Shown: piece after piece, positions 1 through 9,701 of the stretch
Numbering within the stretch: position 1 is the first letter of the stretch
Layout of the letters: every line of letters starts with the position of its first letter
Source of the DNA: an uncultured Candidatus Saccharibacteria bacterium
GTDB taxonomy: Bacteria; Patescibacteriota; Minisyncoccia; UBA6257; 2-01-FULL-56-20
Direction of reading: 5' to 3'
Length of the DNA stretch: 55,654 nucleotides
Assembly (NCBI GenBank): GCA_964467765.1
Contig: CAYXSS010000004.1
Coordinates: 1 to 55,654 of the forward strand
The notes under the pieces: generated by a model
Told to the model about the DNA's origin: nothing
The model's input: only the letters and a program-made list of their open reading frames with translations
Database searches by the model: none
Program-made: the position numbers and the translations under genes

Positions 1-17
1 CACTGAGCTAATCGCGC
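1..17 (-). tRNA. 5' end of a tRNA truncated by the window edge (isotype not visible)
   Basis: Reverse complement reads GCGCGAT-TA-GCTC-AGTG: 7-nt acceptor strand, T8A9, D-stem GCTC, D-loop AGTG. Confidence 0.7.
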
Positions 18-64
18 GCTGTCATATGAAAAATATGATAAATCGGGGCAATAACATTTTCAAC

Positions 65-93
65 TTGACTTCAAAATAGAAAGGCAGTATAAT
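65..93 (+). promoter_or_regulatory. sigma70 promoter for ORF 125..376
   Basis: TTGACT(65-70)-17 nt-TATAAT(88-93). Confidence 0.75.
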
Positions 94-124
94 CTCAAGT
101 AGCATAATCAAAGAGGCGAATAAT

Positions 125-376
125 TTGTTGCCACACATTCCGAACGAAGAAGAAAAACAGCGAGCCAAGACGTTGGCAATGGAAATGCATAATCTCATCA
201 AAAAGAATTTCGCCGAATCTCACAATCCGGTAGCCGCCAAAAGAGTTCGAGAGATACGGCAGGAATTGGAACAACTGGGATTCGTTGTGAGCTGGAATGC
301 AGGCATCGCCGACTTCCAAAATCCGAAAAACATCGATGTTGAAGTAACGCTGTATCTGCCCAAGTATTTGAACTGA
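125..376 (+). CDS. hypothetical protein (83 aa)
   Basis: ORF with near-consensus promoter and AGAGG upstream of a TTG start; protein-like composition. Confidence 0.65.
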   Translation: MLPHIPNEEEKQRAKTLAMEMHNLIKKNFAESHNPVAAKRVREIRQELEQLGFVVSWNAGIADFQNPKNIDVEVTLYLPKYLN

Positions 377-513
377 TTTATCTTTTTTCTGCTGTGGCGG
401 TGTCGTTTATTGATAACCTGTGCATAACCGCACGGGTTATTTTAATTTTCATTGGAAAACTAAGGATTTTTTATATTTTCCTGTTGCAAAGACATTTTTG
501 ACGTTATACGCCA

Positions 514-560
514 GTGGGGGATAATAAAATTGTAGTGGTGAACTGTGGATAGATTTGGGG
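514..560 (+). promoter_or_regulatory. MraZ operator (10-bp periodic GTGG repeats)
   Basis: GTGG at 535 and 545, TTGG at 555, further GTGGG at 514, immediately upstream of mraZ; MraZ is known to bind such direct repeats in its own promoter. Confidence 0.65.
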
Positions 561-588
561 ATAAATAGCCATTTCTGTGCAAAACTAA

Positions 589-1020
589 ATGCTGCTAGGA
601 GAATATCAACACAATTTAGATCAGAAAGGTCGGGTGGCCATACCGGCGAAATTCAAAGAAAAGCTCGCCGCCGGAGCCATCATTACGAGAGGCATCGATG
701 GGTGCCTTTTTGTTTTTGCGAGCAAAGAATGGGACGACTTGGCAAGAAAGCTTGTTGCCTTGCCGCTTGCTCAGGCGAACTCGCGCGCTTTTATGCGGCT
801 GATGCTTGCCGGAGCAATGGACGTATCGCTTGATGCGCAAAGCCGTATTCTTATTCCGGATTATTTAAGAAATTATGCCGATCTAAAAAAGAAGATTATA
901 GTTGCCGGACTCTATAATCGCATTGAAATTTGGGATGCTGACCGCTGGAGCGATTACAAAAAGAAAACGGAAGGTGCTTCGGAAGAAATTGCGGAAAAAT
1001 TAGGTGAGCTTGGAATTTAG
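589..1020 (+). CDS. mraZ: division/cell wall cluster transcriptional repressor MraZ
   Basis: GEYQHNLDQKGRVAIP and DAQSRILIP duplicated AbrB-like motifs; 143 aa; precedes rsmH. Confidence 0.97.
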   Translation: MLLGEYQHNLDQKGRVAIPAKFKEKLAAGAIITRGIDGCLFVFASKEWDDLARKLVALPLAQANSRAFMRLMLAGAMDVSLDAQSRILIPDYLRNYADLKKKIIVAGLYNRIEIWDADRWSDYKKKTEGASEEIAEKLGELGI

Positions 1021-1022
1021 TT

Positions 1023-1925
1023 ATGGCTCATCAGCCAGTTCTTTTAAAAGAAGTCGTAAATTTTTTGAATCCCAAACCGGGGGATTTCATTGTCGACGGG
1101 ACAATTGATGGAGGAGGACATGCTGCAGAAATTTTCAAACGCATTTTGCCCGGAGGAAAAATTTTGGGCATCGATCTTGATGGCCGAATGATCGGCAAAA
1201 CAGCAGAGAGAATTTTATCCGAGGTAAAAATAAAAAGATCAGAAATCGAAAACAGCATTATCCTGGAACAAGGAAGCTATGCCGACTTACCGGAAATTTT
1301 ACGAAAGAAAAAACTACCGAAATCGGACGGACTGCTTTTGGATCTTGGTTTTTCCTCGGAACAACTGGAATCGGGCCGCGGATTCAGTTTTCAAAAAGAT
1401 GAGCCGCTCATTATGACATACAATGAAAATTTTGAGCCGGTAAAAAATATTTTACGAAAACTGACAGAAAAAGAATTGGCAGATATCGTTTTCCATTTTG
1501 GCGGCGAAAGATATTCAAGGAAAATCGCTAGGGCGATTCATGAAATAAAAAAAATCAAACCAATTATGACCACTAAAGATCTTCGCACCGTTGTTTTTCA
1601 AGCTGTGCCAAAAAACTATGAACGAGGACGCATTGATCCGGCAACAAGAACTTTTCAGGCGTTGCGGATTTACGCCAACAAAGAATTGGGAAACCTGGAA
1701 ACCGCTCTTAAGAATCTGCCGTTGGCGGTTAGGCCCGGCGGAAGAGCGGCGATTATAAGCTTTCATTCTTTAGAGGACAAGCTTGTTAAAAATTATTTCC
1801 GAAATTACGAAAAATCTGGATCGGGAAAAATTTTAACAAAAAAGCCGATTGTTCCGGGTGATGATGAGGTAGCGGCAAATCCAAGGTCACGGTCGGCAAA
1901 ACTTAGGGCAATGATTCTAGCGTAA
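1023..1925 (+). CDS. rsmH: 16S rRNA m4C1402 methyltransferase RsmH
   Basis: HQPVLLKEV, DGTIDGGGHA, DLGFSSEQL, RGFSF, TRTFQALRI, SFHSLED, NPRSRSAKLR. Confidence 0.97.
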   Translation: MAHQPVLLKEVVNFLNPKPGDFIVDGTIDGGGHAAEIFKRILPGGKILGIDLDGRMIGKTAERILSEVKIKRSEIENSIILEQGSYADLPEILRKKKLPKSDGLLLDLGFSSEQLESGRGFSFQKDEPLIMTYNENFEPVKNILRKLTEKELADIVFHFGGERYSRKIARAIHEIKKIKPIMTTKDLRTVVFQAVPKNYERGRIDPATRTFQALRIYANKELGNLETALKNLPLAVRPGGRAAIISFHSLEDKLVKNYFRNYEKSGSGKILTKKPIVPGDDEVAANPRSRSAKLRAMILA

Positions 1926-1939
1926 ACACAAAACGCAAT

Positions 1940-2227
1940 ATGACCTATATACAGCCGAATAAAAATGATTCATTGAATAAGGCCTTGTTTTTGCTTATAG
2001 GCGGAGTAATTTTCGCGTCTTTCGGACTTGTCATTTTGTATAATTATATCGTCAATTTGGAGTATGGCATAACTAACATGCGCCAGGAGATCAAAAAAGC
2101 GCAAACAGAAAACGTGGAACTACGCGAGAAAACCCTCGCCCTTTTTGACCCGGAAAATTTTAGGAAAATAATCAAAACAGATCTGGTTCAGGATAAAAAT
2201 CCGGACTATTTGGCGGTATCGAGATAA
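1940..2227 (+). CDS. FtsL-like cell division protein
   Basis: Single TM plus coiled coil, located between rsmH and the PBP gene (canonical ftsL position). Confidence 0.7.
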   Translation: MTYIQPNKNDSLNKALFLLIGGVIFASFGLVILYNYIVNLEYGITNMRQEIKKAQTENVELREKTLALFDPENFRKIIKTDLVQDKNPDYLAVSR

Positions 2228-2282
2228 TAAATTAATTAAAAAATCGTCGAATTAAAATTTTAATCATCTCTTCGGTGTAGCA

Positions 2283-3920
2283 ATGAAGCTGCGCTTCGGA
2301 ATACTTATCACCCCAATCTTCCTTGCCTATGCGCTTGTGATTTTCAGACTTTACGATTTGCAAATTTTACAAGGGAGTCAGCTTCTTGCTCGCGCCGGTT
2401 CGGATTACTTGGCTTTAAAATTTTTGCGTGCCAACAGGGGCGCGGTTTATTTTACCGATAAAGACGGAAATCTTTTGCCGGCAGCAACTAATAAAAACTT
2501 CCCGCTTGTTTACGCCGTGCCAGCCGTTATCGACGACTCTCAAGAGGCGGCAAATGCGCTTGCAACGATGGTTCAAAAGCCGGTAAAAGACTTGCAAGAT
2601 TCTTTCGCGAACAAAAAAGACCTTTACGAGCCGCTTTTGCATAGAGCCGACGCGGAACTGGCAAAAAAAATATCTTCTTTGGAAATAAAAGGGGTTTACG
2701 TTGACGATGAACCGGGCAGATTTTATCCCCTAGGGGAGTTGGCTTCACAGCTTTTAGGATTTGTTTCTCCAAAAAGCGAAGGGGTCGGCGACGTGGGAAG
2801 TTACGGACTCGAAGCGTTTTATGAAAACATTTTGAAGGGCAGGCACGGAGAAATTGTGGGCGGAAAAGTTTCTCGTCCAGCTCCGGGCAAAGATCTGATT
2901 TTAACGATTGACGCAAATATTCAAATCGAAGCCGGGAGAATTTTAAATAAGCTCGTGAAAGAACGCGGAGCGAAAGGAGGAACGATTATCGTTATGGATC
3001 CTAAAACGGGAAAAATTTTGGCATTGGAAAATAATCCCAGTTTCGACCCCAATGATTATGGAAAATTTCCTCTAACAAATTTTTTAAATCCAGCAATACA
3101 GCAAATTTACGAGCCCGGGTCGGTTTTTAAAGTGCTCACGATGGCTGCAGGAATAGATACAAAAAAAATTACACCAGATACGACTTATTACGACACCGGC
3201 AGCATTACTTTGAACGGTTGGACAATAGAAAACTACGATCTCAAAACTAATGGCCCCTATGGCAAAGCAACAATGACCAACGTGATTGAACATTCGATCA
3301 ACACCGGCGCTGTTTTTGCTCAAAGGAAAATGGGTAGAGAAATTTTCGCCGACTATCTCAAACGATTCGGTTTTTCGGAAAAAACCGGCGTTGATTTGCC
3401 ATCCGAGATTAAAGGCGACTTGCGGCGTTTGAGTCCCAAAGAGCGCGACGTGGTTTTTGCGACCGCTTCTTATGGGCAAGGAATTGCCGCTACGCCCTTA
3501 GAAGTAATAAATGCCATTGCCGCTATTGCTAACGGCGGCGTATTGATGAGACCATATTTAAACTCCGAACTTAAGCCACAAGAGATCAGAAGGGTAATAA
3601 ATTCTGATACCGCAAAACAGATTACCTCCATGATGATCTCTGCCGTGGACAAAGCCAAGGTTGCGCAAATCAAAGGGTATTCTGTTGCAGGAAAAACGGG
3701 TACGGCCTTCGTTCCGGATTTCAAACGCGGTGGTTATACTGAAAATGTTATCAATAGCTATGTTGGTTTTGCTCCGACAAACAACCCGCGTTTTATAGTT
3801 TTGATAAAACTGAACGAGCCGGAAGGAGCTCCCGTGGCGGCGCTTACGGTCGTACCAGCCTTCCGTGATCTCGCCCAGTTTATTTTGAATTATTACAACG
3901 TGGAACCGGATAGGCTTTAG
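2283..3920 (+). CDS. ftsI: class B penicillin-binding protein (FtsI/PBP3-like transpeptidase)
   Basis: N-terminal TM, RFYPLG, YEPGSVFK (SxxK), SIN (SxN), KTGT (KTG); dcw position. Confidence 0.9.
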   Translation: MKLRFGILITPIFLAYALVIFRLYDLQILQGSQLLARAGSDYLALKFLRANRGAVYFTDKDGNLLPAATNKNFPLVYAVPAVIDDSQEAANALATMVQKPVKDLQDSFANKKDLYEPLLHRADAELAKKISSLEIKGVYVDDEPGRFYPLGELASQLLGFVSPKSEGVGDVGSYGLEAFYENILKGRHGEIVGGKVSRPAPGKDLILTIDANIQIEAGRILNKLVKERGAKGGTIIVMDPKTGKILALENNPSFDPNDYGKFPLTNFLNPAIQQIYEPGSVFKVLTMAAGIDTKKITPDTTYYDTGSITLNGWTIENYDLKTNGPYGKATMTNVIEHSINTGAVFAQRKMGREIFADYLKRFGFSEKTGVDLPSEIKGDLRRLSPKERDVVFATASYGQGIAATPLEVINAIAAIANGGVLMRPYLNSELKPQEIRRVINSDTAKQITSMMISAVDKAKVAQIKGYSVAGKTGTAFVPDFKRGGYTENVINSYVGFAPTNNPRFIVLIKLNEPEGAPVAALTVVPAFRDLAQFILNYYNVEPDRL

Positions 3921-3936
3921 AGATAAAAGCAAAGCA

Positions 3937-5232
3937 ATGAATAACCTATTTAAAAAAATTCTCCGCTGGAAATTGAAAAAACTTTCGCAGTTTACTATTT
4001 CCAGGTTTCGTCCCGGGATTGTTGGTGTCACTGGCAGCGTCGGCAAAACATCGACAAAGCTGGCCATCGAAGCTGTTTTGAAGCAGGGGAGGAGAGTGCG
4101 CGCGTCTCGCGGCAACCTGAACAACGATCTCGGTTTGCCGCTCGCCGTGCTGGGTGATTGGAACGAGGCGGAATTAGGCCTTGTAAGCAGAAAACAGCCG
4201 CCGGGCACGGCGAAAATTAAGAAACTGTTTTTTTGGTTTAAGGTTTTGCTTTCTTCGTTTTTCCGCTTGCTTTTCGGCAGTCGATTCTCGTATCCGGAAA
4301 TACTTGTCTTAGAGTATGGCGCCGATCGCCCAGGAGATCTTAAATACCTCTTAAGCATCGCCCGCCCAAATATCAGCGTTATTACGGCCGTAGGCGACAT
4401 TCCCGTACACGTGGAATTTTTTGCCGGACCGGAAGATGTGGCGCGGGAGAAAGCGCGGCTAATAGAGCATCTCCCTGTGGCCGGCTTTGCGGTTTTAAAT
4501 TATGACGATGAAACAGTTATGGATCTCAAAGATAAAACAAGGGCGCATATCATAACGTTCGGGTTCGGCAAGGGCGCCGAAATAAGAATAACCAACTTCG
4601 AAAATCGTTCCGAGGCCGGCCGGCCGGCCGGGATTTCTTTCAAGCTTGAATACGGAGGGAGTTTTGTGCCTGTAAGAATAGAGAATGTTTTCGGCCGGGC
4701 GCAGGCCTACGCGGCAGCGGCGGCGACGGCGGTCGGGTTTGTCTTCGGTATGAATTTGGTGAAAATTTCAGATGCCTTGCGTTTATATTATAAACCGGCT
4801 AGGTCCAGAATGGAGCTCGTTGCGGGTATAAAATATTCCTACATTATCGATGATTCCTATAATGCCAGCCCGTATTCCATGCATGCCGCGATCGATACGT
4901 TAAAAAGTCTTCCGGCCAAAAGAAAAATTGCTGTTCTTGGAGATATGCTTGAAATTGGTAAATATACCATTGAGGCCCATGAAAGAGTCGGACGCCTTGT
5001 TGCCAAAGCAAAAGCCGCCGATATTTTGATTACCGTAGGAGCCAGGGCGAAACTCATTGCCGAAGCTGCGAAAGAGTCGGGTATGAGAAAAAATAATATC
5101 TACTCCTTTGACGAAGCTGCCGAAAGCGGATCTTTTCTACAGAATATTCTGCGTAAAGGCGATTTGGTGTTGGTAAAAGGGTCGCGGGCTATTGGTTTGG
5201 ATGCCATGGTCGAAGAAGTAAAAGCATTTTAA
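3937..5232 (+). CDS. murF: UDP-N-acetylmuramoyl-tripeptide--D-Ala-D-Ala ligase MurF
   Basis: GVTGSVGKTSTK P-loop, DDSYNASP, VLGDMLEIG, LVKGSR. Confidence 0.93.
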   Translation: MNNLFKKILRWKLKKLSQFTISRFRPGIVGVTGSVGKTSTKLAIEAVLKQGRRVRASRGNLNNDLGLPLAVLGDWNEAELGLVSRKQPPGTAKIKKLFFWFKVLLSSFFRLLFGSRFSYPEILVLEYGADRPGDLKYLLSIARPNISVITAVGDIPVHVEFFAGPEDVAREKARLIEHLPVAGFAVLNYDDETVMDLKDKTRAHIITFGFGKGAEIRITNFENRSEAGRPAGISFKLEYGGSFVPVRIENVFGRAQAYAAAAATAVGFVFGMNLVKISDALRLYYKPARSRMELVAGIKYSYIIDDSYNASPYSMHAAIDTLKSLPAKRKIAVLGDMLEIGKYTIEAHERVGRLVAKAKAADILITVGARAKLIAEAAKESGMRKNNIYSFDEAAESGSFLQNILRKGDLVLVKGSRAIGLDAMVEEVKAF

Positions 5233-5238
5233 GCAGTT

Positions 5239-5267
5239 TTGACTTTTTAGCAAAAGAGAACTTTAAT
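5239..5267 (+). promoter_or_regulatory. sigma70 promoter for ORF 5280..5630
   Basis: TTGACT-17 nt-TTTAAT. Confidence 0.5.
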
Positions 5268-5279
5268 TTATGTAAATTT

Positions 5280-5630
5280 ATGGCAAACACAAAGAGAGGT
5301 CCGGAATCGTCTTTTAAGCCGGATACGACTCCCAAAAACGCCGAAAAATCTGAAACAGAAGATCGAAGATCGACCCTGGAGGATTTTAAAGCAGCAGAAG
5401 AAATAGAAAGAAAATACGACGAGCTTTTACACGACACCAATCATCTTATCAGCGAAATCGAGTGCGGCAACATAATATTTGACACAAAACTCGATTCAGC
5501 TGGCAGGCTGGGATTTGAATTTCGTGACAGCGAAGGAAAACTGCTTTTTTTTCGCGGCGGAGACAGTATAAAAGAGTTGATAGGCCGTTTGGAAAAAGAG
5601 AAAGAGAAAAATAGTCGCAAGATAAACTAG
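5280..5630 (+). CDS. hypothetical protein (116 aa, charged)
   Basis: ATG ORF filling the gap after murF, with its own candidate promoter. Confidence 0.65.
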   Translation: MANTKRGPESSFKPDTTPKNAEKSETEDRRSTLEDFKAAEEIERKYDELLHDTNHLISEIECGNIIFDTKLDSAGRLGFEFRDSEGKLLFFRGGDSIKELIGRLEKEKEKNSRKIN

Positions 5631-5759
5631 CCTTCAAACAAGGACGGCTTGTCGCTATTATTTAAATCGCCGAACGACACGATAGTAAGAATTGCAACGG
5701 CCATCGTCAGTATGAAAATAATTGAAGGTGCGATTTCGCTGCGCGATGGGCACAATTTC

Positions 5760-5788
5760 TTGCCACGTATGAAGTTTGTACATATAAT
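5760..5788 (+). promoter_or_regulatory. sigma70 promoter for tRNA-Glu
   Basis: TTGCCA(5760-5765)-17 nt-TATAAT(5783-5788), 9 nt before the tRNA. Confidence 0.75.
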
Positions 5789-5797
5789 GTTCTTTGT

Positions 5798-5870
5798 GCC
5801 GGTATCGTCTAGTGGCCTAGGACACGGCGTTCTCAGCGCCGGAACCGGGGTTCGATTCCCCGTACCGGTA
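5798..5870 (+). tRNA. tRNA-Glu (anticodon CTC), CCA not encoded
   Basis: Acceptor GCCGGTA/TACCGGT, D-arm GTCTAGTGGCCTAGGAC, anticodon arm CGGCG-TTCTCAG-CGCCG, T-arm CGGGG-TTCGATT-CCCCG; followed by A-CAA. Confidence 0.97.
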
Positions 5871-5924
5871 CAATTTTTTCGGATTGCAATAAAACCAAGA
5901 TTAAAATTACGGTGGCGGCATAAA

Positions 5925-6413
5925 ATGAAAGAATGTTTCGACGAAGCAATTATTCTTGAGCGCGAGCCGATCGGAGATTTGGATATCAGAGTTACATTTC
6001 TCGGCAAGCAATTCGGAAAAATTACGGCTAAAGCAAAGAGCGCACGGAAAATTACCTCAAAACTTTCCGCGCACCTGGAGCCGTCATTTTTGAGCAAGGT
6101 GCGCTTTATTGAAAAAAATGGAACGCAAATCGTCGATGCTTTGAAAATCGGCAGGATAAGCGTCGGTTTATTAGACCTGTTGCGCTTGGCGAAGGTTTTG
6201 CACGACGGCGAAGCCAGTAATAAATTGTGGAATTCTCTTAAGACCGGAGAGCTTAATTGGCCACAAACCCTGGGAATTCTTGGCTGGGACCCCCGCCATG
6301 CCGAGTGCGCAATCTGCGGCAGCTCGCCGGCCGTTTTTCACATAGCAACGCAGGAGTTTTTTTGCAATGAATGCGGTTTAAAACCGGCTGCCGATGAAGT
6401 AGTATATATATAA
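5925..6413 (+). CDS. recO: DNA repair protein RecO (short form)
   Basis: True start ATG 5925 after the tRNA; OB-fold AIILER..GDLD..GKITAKAKSARK..SKLSAHLEP; C-terminal CAIC..CNEC Zn finger. Confidence 0.85.
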   Translation: MKECFDEAIILEREPIGDLDIRVTFLGKQFGKITAKAKSARKITSKLSAHLEPSFLSKVRFIEKNGTQIVDALKIGRISVGLLDLLRLAKVLHDGEASNKLWNSLKTGELNWPQTLGILGWDPRHAECAICGSSPAVFHIATQEFFCNECGLKPAADEVVYI

Positions 6414-6431
6414 AGCCAAAAGGCTTCTGTT

Positions 6432-8246
6432 ATGGAAAGCAAATTCGGAGAAAATTATCGCTCTCCTTGGGGTGGAATGGGGCAACCTGGTTTTTCCCGG
6501 GAAACCGAAAAGGATACGCGGAAAAAAGGAAAAAAAAATATTTGGTTGGCGGCGGTAATATCTTTTTTGATTCTCGTCGGAGTGGCCGGCTATTTTTATT
6601 TCTCTCCTTCTGCGCCCAGCGTCGGACTTGAATTTTCACGTCCTTCGGGAATTTTAGTCGGCGAACAATTTGATCTTTCGGTTTCGGCAACCAATGCTTC
6701 GGATGCGGTTTTAAAAAATTCTTACTTGTCACTTTTTCTTCCCGACGGCGTTTTTGCCGTGGGTCTTTCTCAGGGTCAGCGCGTCATAGAAAAAGCGATT
6801 GGCGATTTGGGGCCTGGGAGCGTTTATCCGGAAACTTTTAAGTTGATTGCGGCCGCTCCCGGTAGCAGAGTGGCCAGAGCGAGGGCGGTGTTAAGGTATT
6901 ATACCGGCGAAAATCCCAACGCCCAGTTTGAATCGTCGGCGGAGAGCGATGTTTTGATCGGCGAGTCGGCGGTAAATTTATCTCTGGAGGTGCCACAGAA
7001 TGTTTATAGCGGACAGAATTTCGGTTTTAAGGTTTCCTTTGCCAACAAATCTAATCAGGAATTTAAAAACGTTAAATTGAAAATAGACTACCCGCCATTT
7101 TTTACCTTTATTCGTAGTACCGTTCGCCCCGAAGAGCAGGGCAATAACAGTTGGGATCTCGGAGACTTGGAACCGGGCTCAAGCGGTAGCATAGCAATCA
7201 CGGGCAATGCCGTCGGACCGGAGAAGCTTTCGTCTAATTTTTCCGCGACACTTTCTTCCGGTTTCCAAGGGGTCAATTACAATATTAATTCGCAAAGCAT
7301 AGGCATGACCATTTCTTCGTCGCCCTTGGCGATCGACATAACCGTCAACGGAGCGAAAGATTATGTTGCCAAAGCCGGCGAAGACCTGGAGTACGTTTTG
7401 AATTACGTAAACAATTCCAGCGTAGTTATGCAAAACGCGACCATTCGCGCAAAATTTCTTGGAGAAATGTTTGACTTCGCGACCCTTCAAACCTATGGCA
7501 TTTTTGACTCGCTTACGAATACAATTAGCTGGCTAGGGGCAAACACGCCAGAGCTCTTGAATCTTGCGCCGGGTCAGAGCGGCAGCGTTGCTTTCAGGAT
7601 AAGAACGAAGAATTCGTTCCCGATTCGCTTAATCAGCGACAAAAATTTTTCGTTAAAAATTCAAGGAGAAATAGCTTCCAATACCGTGCCCCCGGGAACA
7701 ACAGCCGACAAAACCGTTTCGCTTACAAATTTTGAAACCAAGGTTGCCGGCCTTTTGGAAATTTATGCCAAGGCACTTTGGCGAGATGCGGATTCGGGCA
7801 TTTTGAATCAAGGCCCGTATCCGCCGAAAGCTAACCAATCTACGCAATATACGATTCACTGGATAATCAAAAACTATTCGACGGACGCAACGAACGTGGT
7901 TGTTTCTGCATTTTTGCAATCGGGAGCAAGATTTACCGGCCAGGTTAAAAGCAGTATCGACAGCGCCCCGATTTTTAACGCAAATTCAGGACTTGTGACG
8001 TGGAATGTGGGATCGGTGCCTGCTACGAAAGGCGTCGTAAGTTCGCCGATCGAGGCTGTTTTCCAGGTCGAGGTGACCCCATCTTCCAATCAAGTCGGGC
8101 AAATATTGAGAATTTTAGGAGAAACGAAAATAGAAGGAGAAGATTCTTTTACCGGCGGCGTGCTTGCAAATTCTGCACAATATCTCGACTCGGATTTGAT
8201 TTATGATAAAACAATAACAGTGCAAGACAAGCGCGTGCAGCCGTAG
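6432..8246 (+). CDS. large exported beta-rich protein (DUF11/Ig-like repeats)
   Basis: N-terminal TM anchor, repeated beta modules (WDLGDLEPGSSGSI, LAPGQSGSVAF, VTWNVGSVP). Confidence 0.75.
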   Translation: MESKFGENYRSPWGGMGQPGFSRETEKDTRKKGKKNIWLAAVISFLILVGVAGYFYFSPSAPSVGLEFSRPSGILVGEQFDLSVSATNASDAVLKNSYLSLFLPDGVFAVGLSQGQRVIEKAIGDLGPGSVYPETFKLIAAAPGSRVARARAVLRYYTGENPNAQFESSAESDVLIGESAVNLSLEVPQNVYSGQNFGFKVSFANKSNQEFKNVKLKIDYPPFFTFIRSTVRPEEQGNNSWDLGDLEPGSSGSIAITGNAVGPEKLSSNFSATLSSGFQGVNYNINSQSIGMTISSSPLAIDITVNGAKDYVAKAGEDLEYVLNYVNNSSVVMQNATIRAKFLGEMFDFATLQTYGIFDSLTNTISWLGANTPELLNLAPGQSGSVAFRIRTKNSFPIRLISDKNFSLKIQGEIASNTVPPGTTADKTVSLTNFETKVAGLLEIYAKALWRDADSGILNQGPYPPKANQSTQYTIHWIIKNYSTDATNVVVSAFLQSGARFTGQVKSSIDSAPIFNANSGLVTWNVGSVPATKGVVSSPIEAVFQVEVTPSSNQVGQILRILGETKIEGEDSFTGGVLANSAQYLDSDLIYDKTITVQDKRVQP

Positions 8247-8249
8247 AAA

Positions 8250-9701
8250 ATGGGAAAATCAAAAATAAAAACACAAAATCAGAAATCGCAGGACCCGTCT
8301 AATCAAGGCGGTCCCAAAAGTAATTTAAAAAACGCCGCCTTGATTGACAAAATTGTTTCTCTGTCTAGGAGGAGGGGGTTTGTTTTGCCAGGCTCGGAAA
8401 TTTACGGCGGACTTTCCAATTCTTATGATTACGGTCCGTTAGGCGTTGAGTTAAAAAATAATATAAAAAATTTGTGGTGGAATACTTTCGTTCGCAGAAG
8501 GGAAGACGTTGTGGGTATCGATGCCGCCATTATAATGAACCCTAGGGTTTGGGAAGCCAGCGGACATCTCAAAGAATTTAACGACCCTCTCGTTGAGTGC
8601 AAAAATTGCCACGAACGTTTCCGAGCCGATGAGCTTTTGGACGGCGATTGGGAAAAAGAAAAGAAGTTTTTGGACACACTTTCGGCTGCCGATCGCGAAA
8701 AACGCATCGCGCAGATTTTTAACAAATGCCCGGTTTGCGGAGCAAAAGGAAAATTTACGCCGCCGCGGGAGTTTACGTTGATGTTCAAGACTTTTCTTGG
8801 CCCCGCTCACAGCGAAAAGTCTGTGGCATACCTGCGCCCGGAAACGGCGCAAGGAATGTTCGTCGACTTTAAAAATGTTTCATCTGTTTCGCGGAAGACG
8901 CTTCCTTTTGGTATGGCCCAAATAGGAAAAGCATTCAGAAACGAGGTGACGCCCGGTAATTTTATTTTCCGCACGCGCGAATTCGAGCAGATGGAAATAG
9001 AATATTTTGTGCGAGAGAAAGACTGGGAAAAATATTTCGAAGAATGGCGGGAGGCGATGAGAGAGTGGATGAAGAATGTCGGCATAAATTTGAAAAAAGT
9101 AACGGAAAGAGAAGTTCCGGAAGGCGAGCGGGCGCACTATTCAAAAAAAACGATCGATTTCGACTATGATTTTCCTTTCGGCCGCAAGGAACTTTACGGC
9201 CTTGCTTACCGGACGGATTTCGATTTGCGCAACCACGAAAAGCATTCCGGTGAAAATCTTAAATATAAAGATTCGAAAAGCGGCGAGGAATTTTGGCCGC
9301 ACGTTATCGAGCCCACCTGGGGCGTTGACCGCACCGTACTTGCCGTGCTTTTGGATGCTTATACGGAAGAAAAAGAACGCGTTGTTTTGAGCCTAAAACC
9401 AGCCCTCGCTCCGTACAAAGCAGCCGTTTTTCCGCTTTTGGCCAACAAGCCGGAGTTGGTAAAACTCGCCAGAAAAATTTATGAACAATTGCTTCAAAGA
9501 TTCTACGTCGCCTGGGATGATCGCGGCAATATAGGAAAGAGATACTACTCGCAGGACGAGATAGGCACGCCGTTTTGTATCACGGTTGATTTTGATTCTC
9601 TTGAAAATAACGACGTAACGGTGCGCGACAGGGATACGGCAAAGCAAATAAGGATAAAAACGGAGAAATTAGCAGACTATTTTTCTGAACGCGTACGTTA
9701 A
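8250..9701 (+). CDS. glyS: glycine--tRNA ligase, homodimeric alpha2 type
   Basis: EIYGG..YDYGPLG, YLRPETAQG, IGKAFRNE, FRTREFEQMEIE, C-terminal anticodon domain GNIGKRY..QDEIGTPFCITVD. Confidence 0.96.
   Translation: MGKSKIKTQNQKSQDPSNQGGPKSNLKNAALIDKIVSLSRRRGFVLPGSEIYGGLSNSYDYGPLGVELKNNIKNLWWNTFVRRREDVVGIDAAIIMNPRVWEASGHLKEFNDPLVECKNCHERFRADELLDGDWEKEKKFLDTLSAADREKRIAQIFNKCPVCGAKGKFTPPREFTLMFKTFLGPAHSEKSVAYLRPETAQGMFVDFKNVSSVSRKTLPFGMAQIGKAFRNEVTPGNFIFRTREFEQMEIEYFVREKDWEKYFEEWREAMREWMKNVGINLKKVTEREVPEGERAHYSKKTIDFDYDFPFGRKELYGLAYRTDFDLRNHEKHSGENLKYKDSKSGEEFWPHVIEPTWGVDRTVLAVLLDAYTEEKERVVLSLKPALAPYKAAVFPLLANKPELVKLARKIYEQLLQRFYVAWDDRGNIGKRYYSQDEIGTPFCITVDFDSLENNDVTVRDRDTAKQIRIKTEKLADYFSERVR

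Noticed and set aside
5798-5870. tRNA as an integration site for an island
   Set aside because: No integrase nearby and no duplicated tRNA 3' end noticed in the window
5649-5924. 92-aa N-terminal extension of RecO in the ORF track
   Set aside because: It runs through the tRNA-Glu gene and its promoter; RecO similarity starts at ATG 5925
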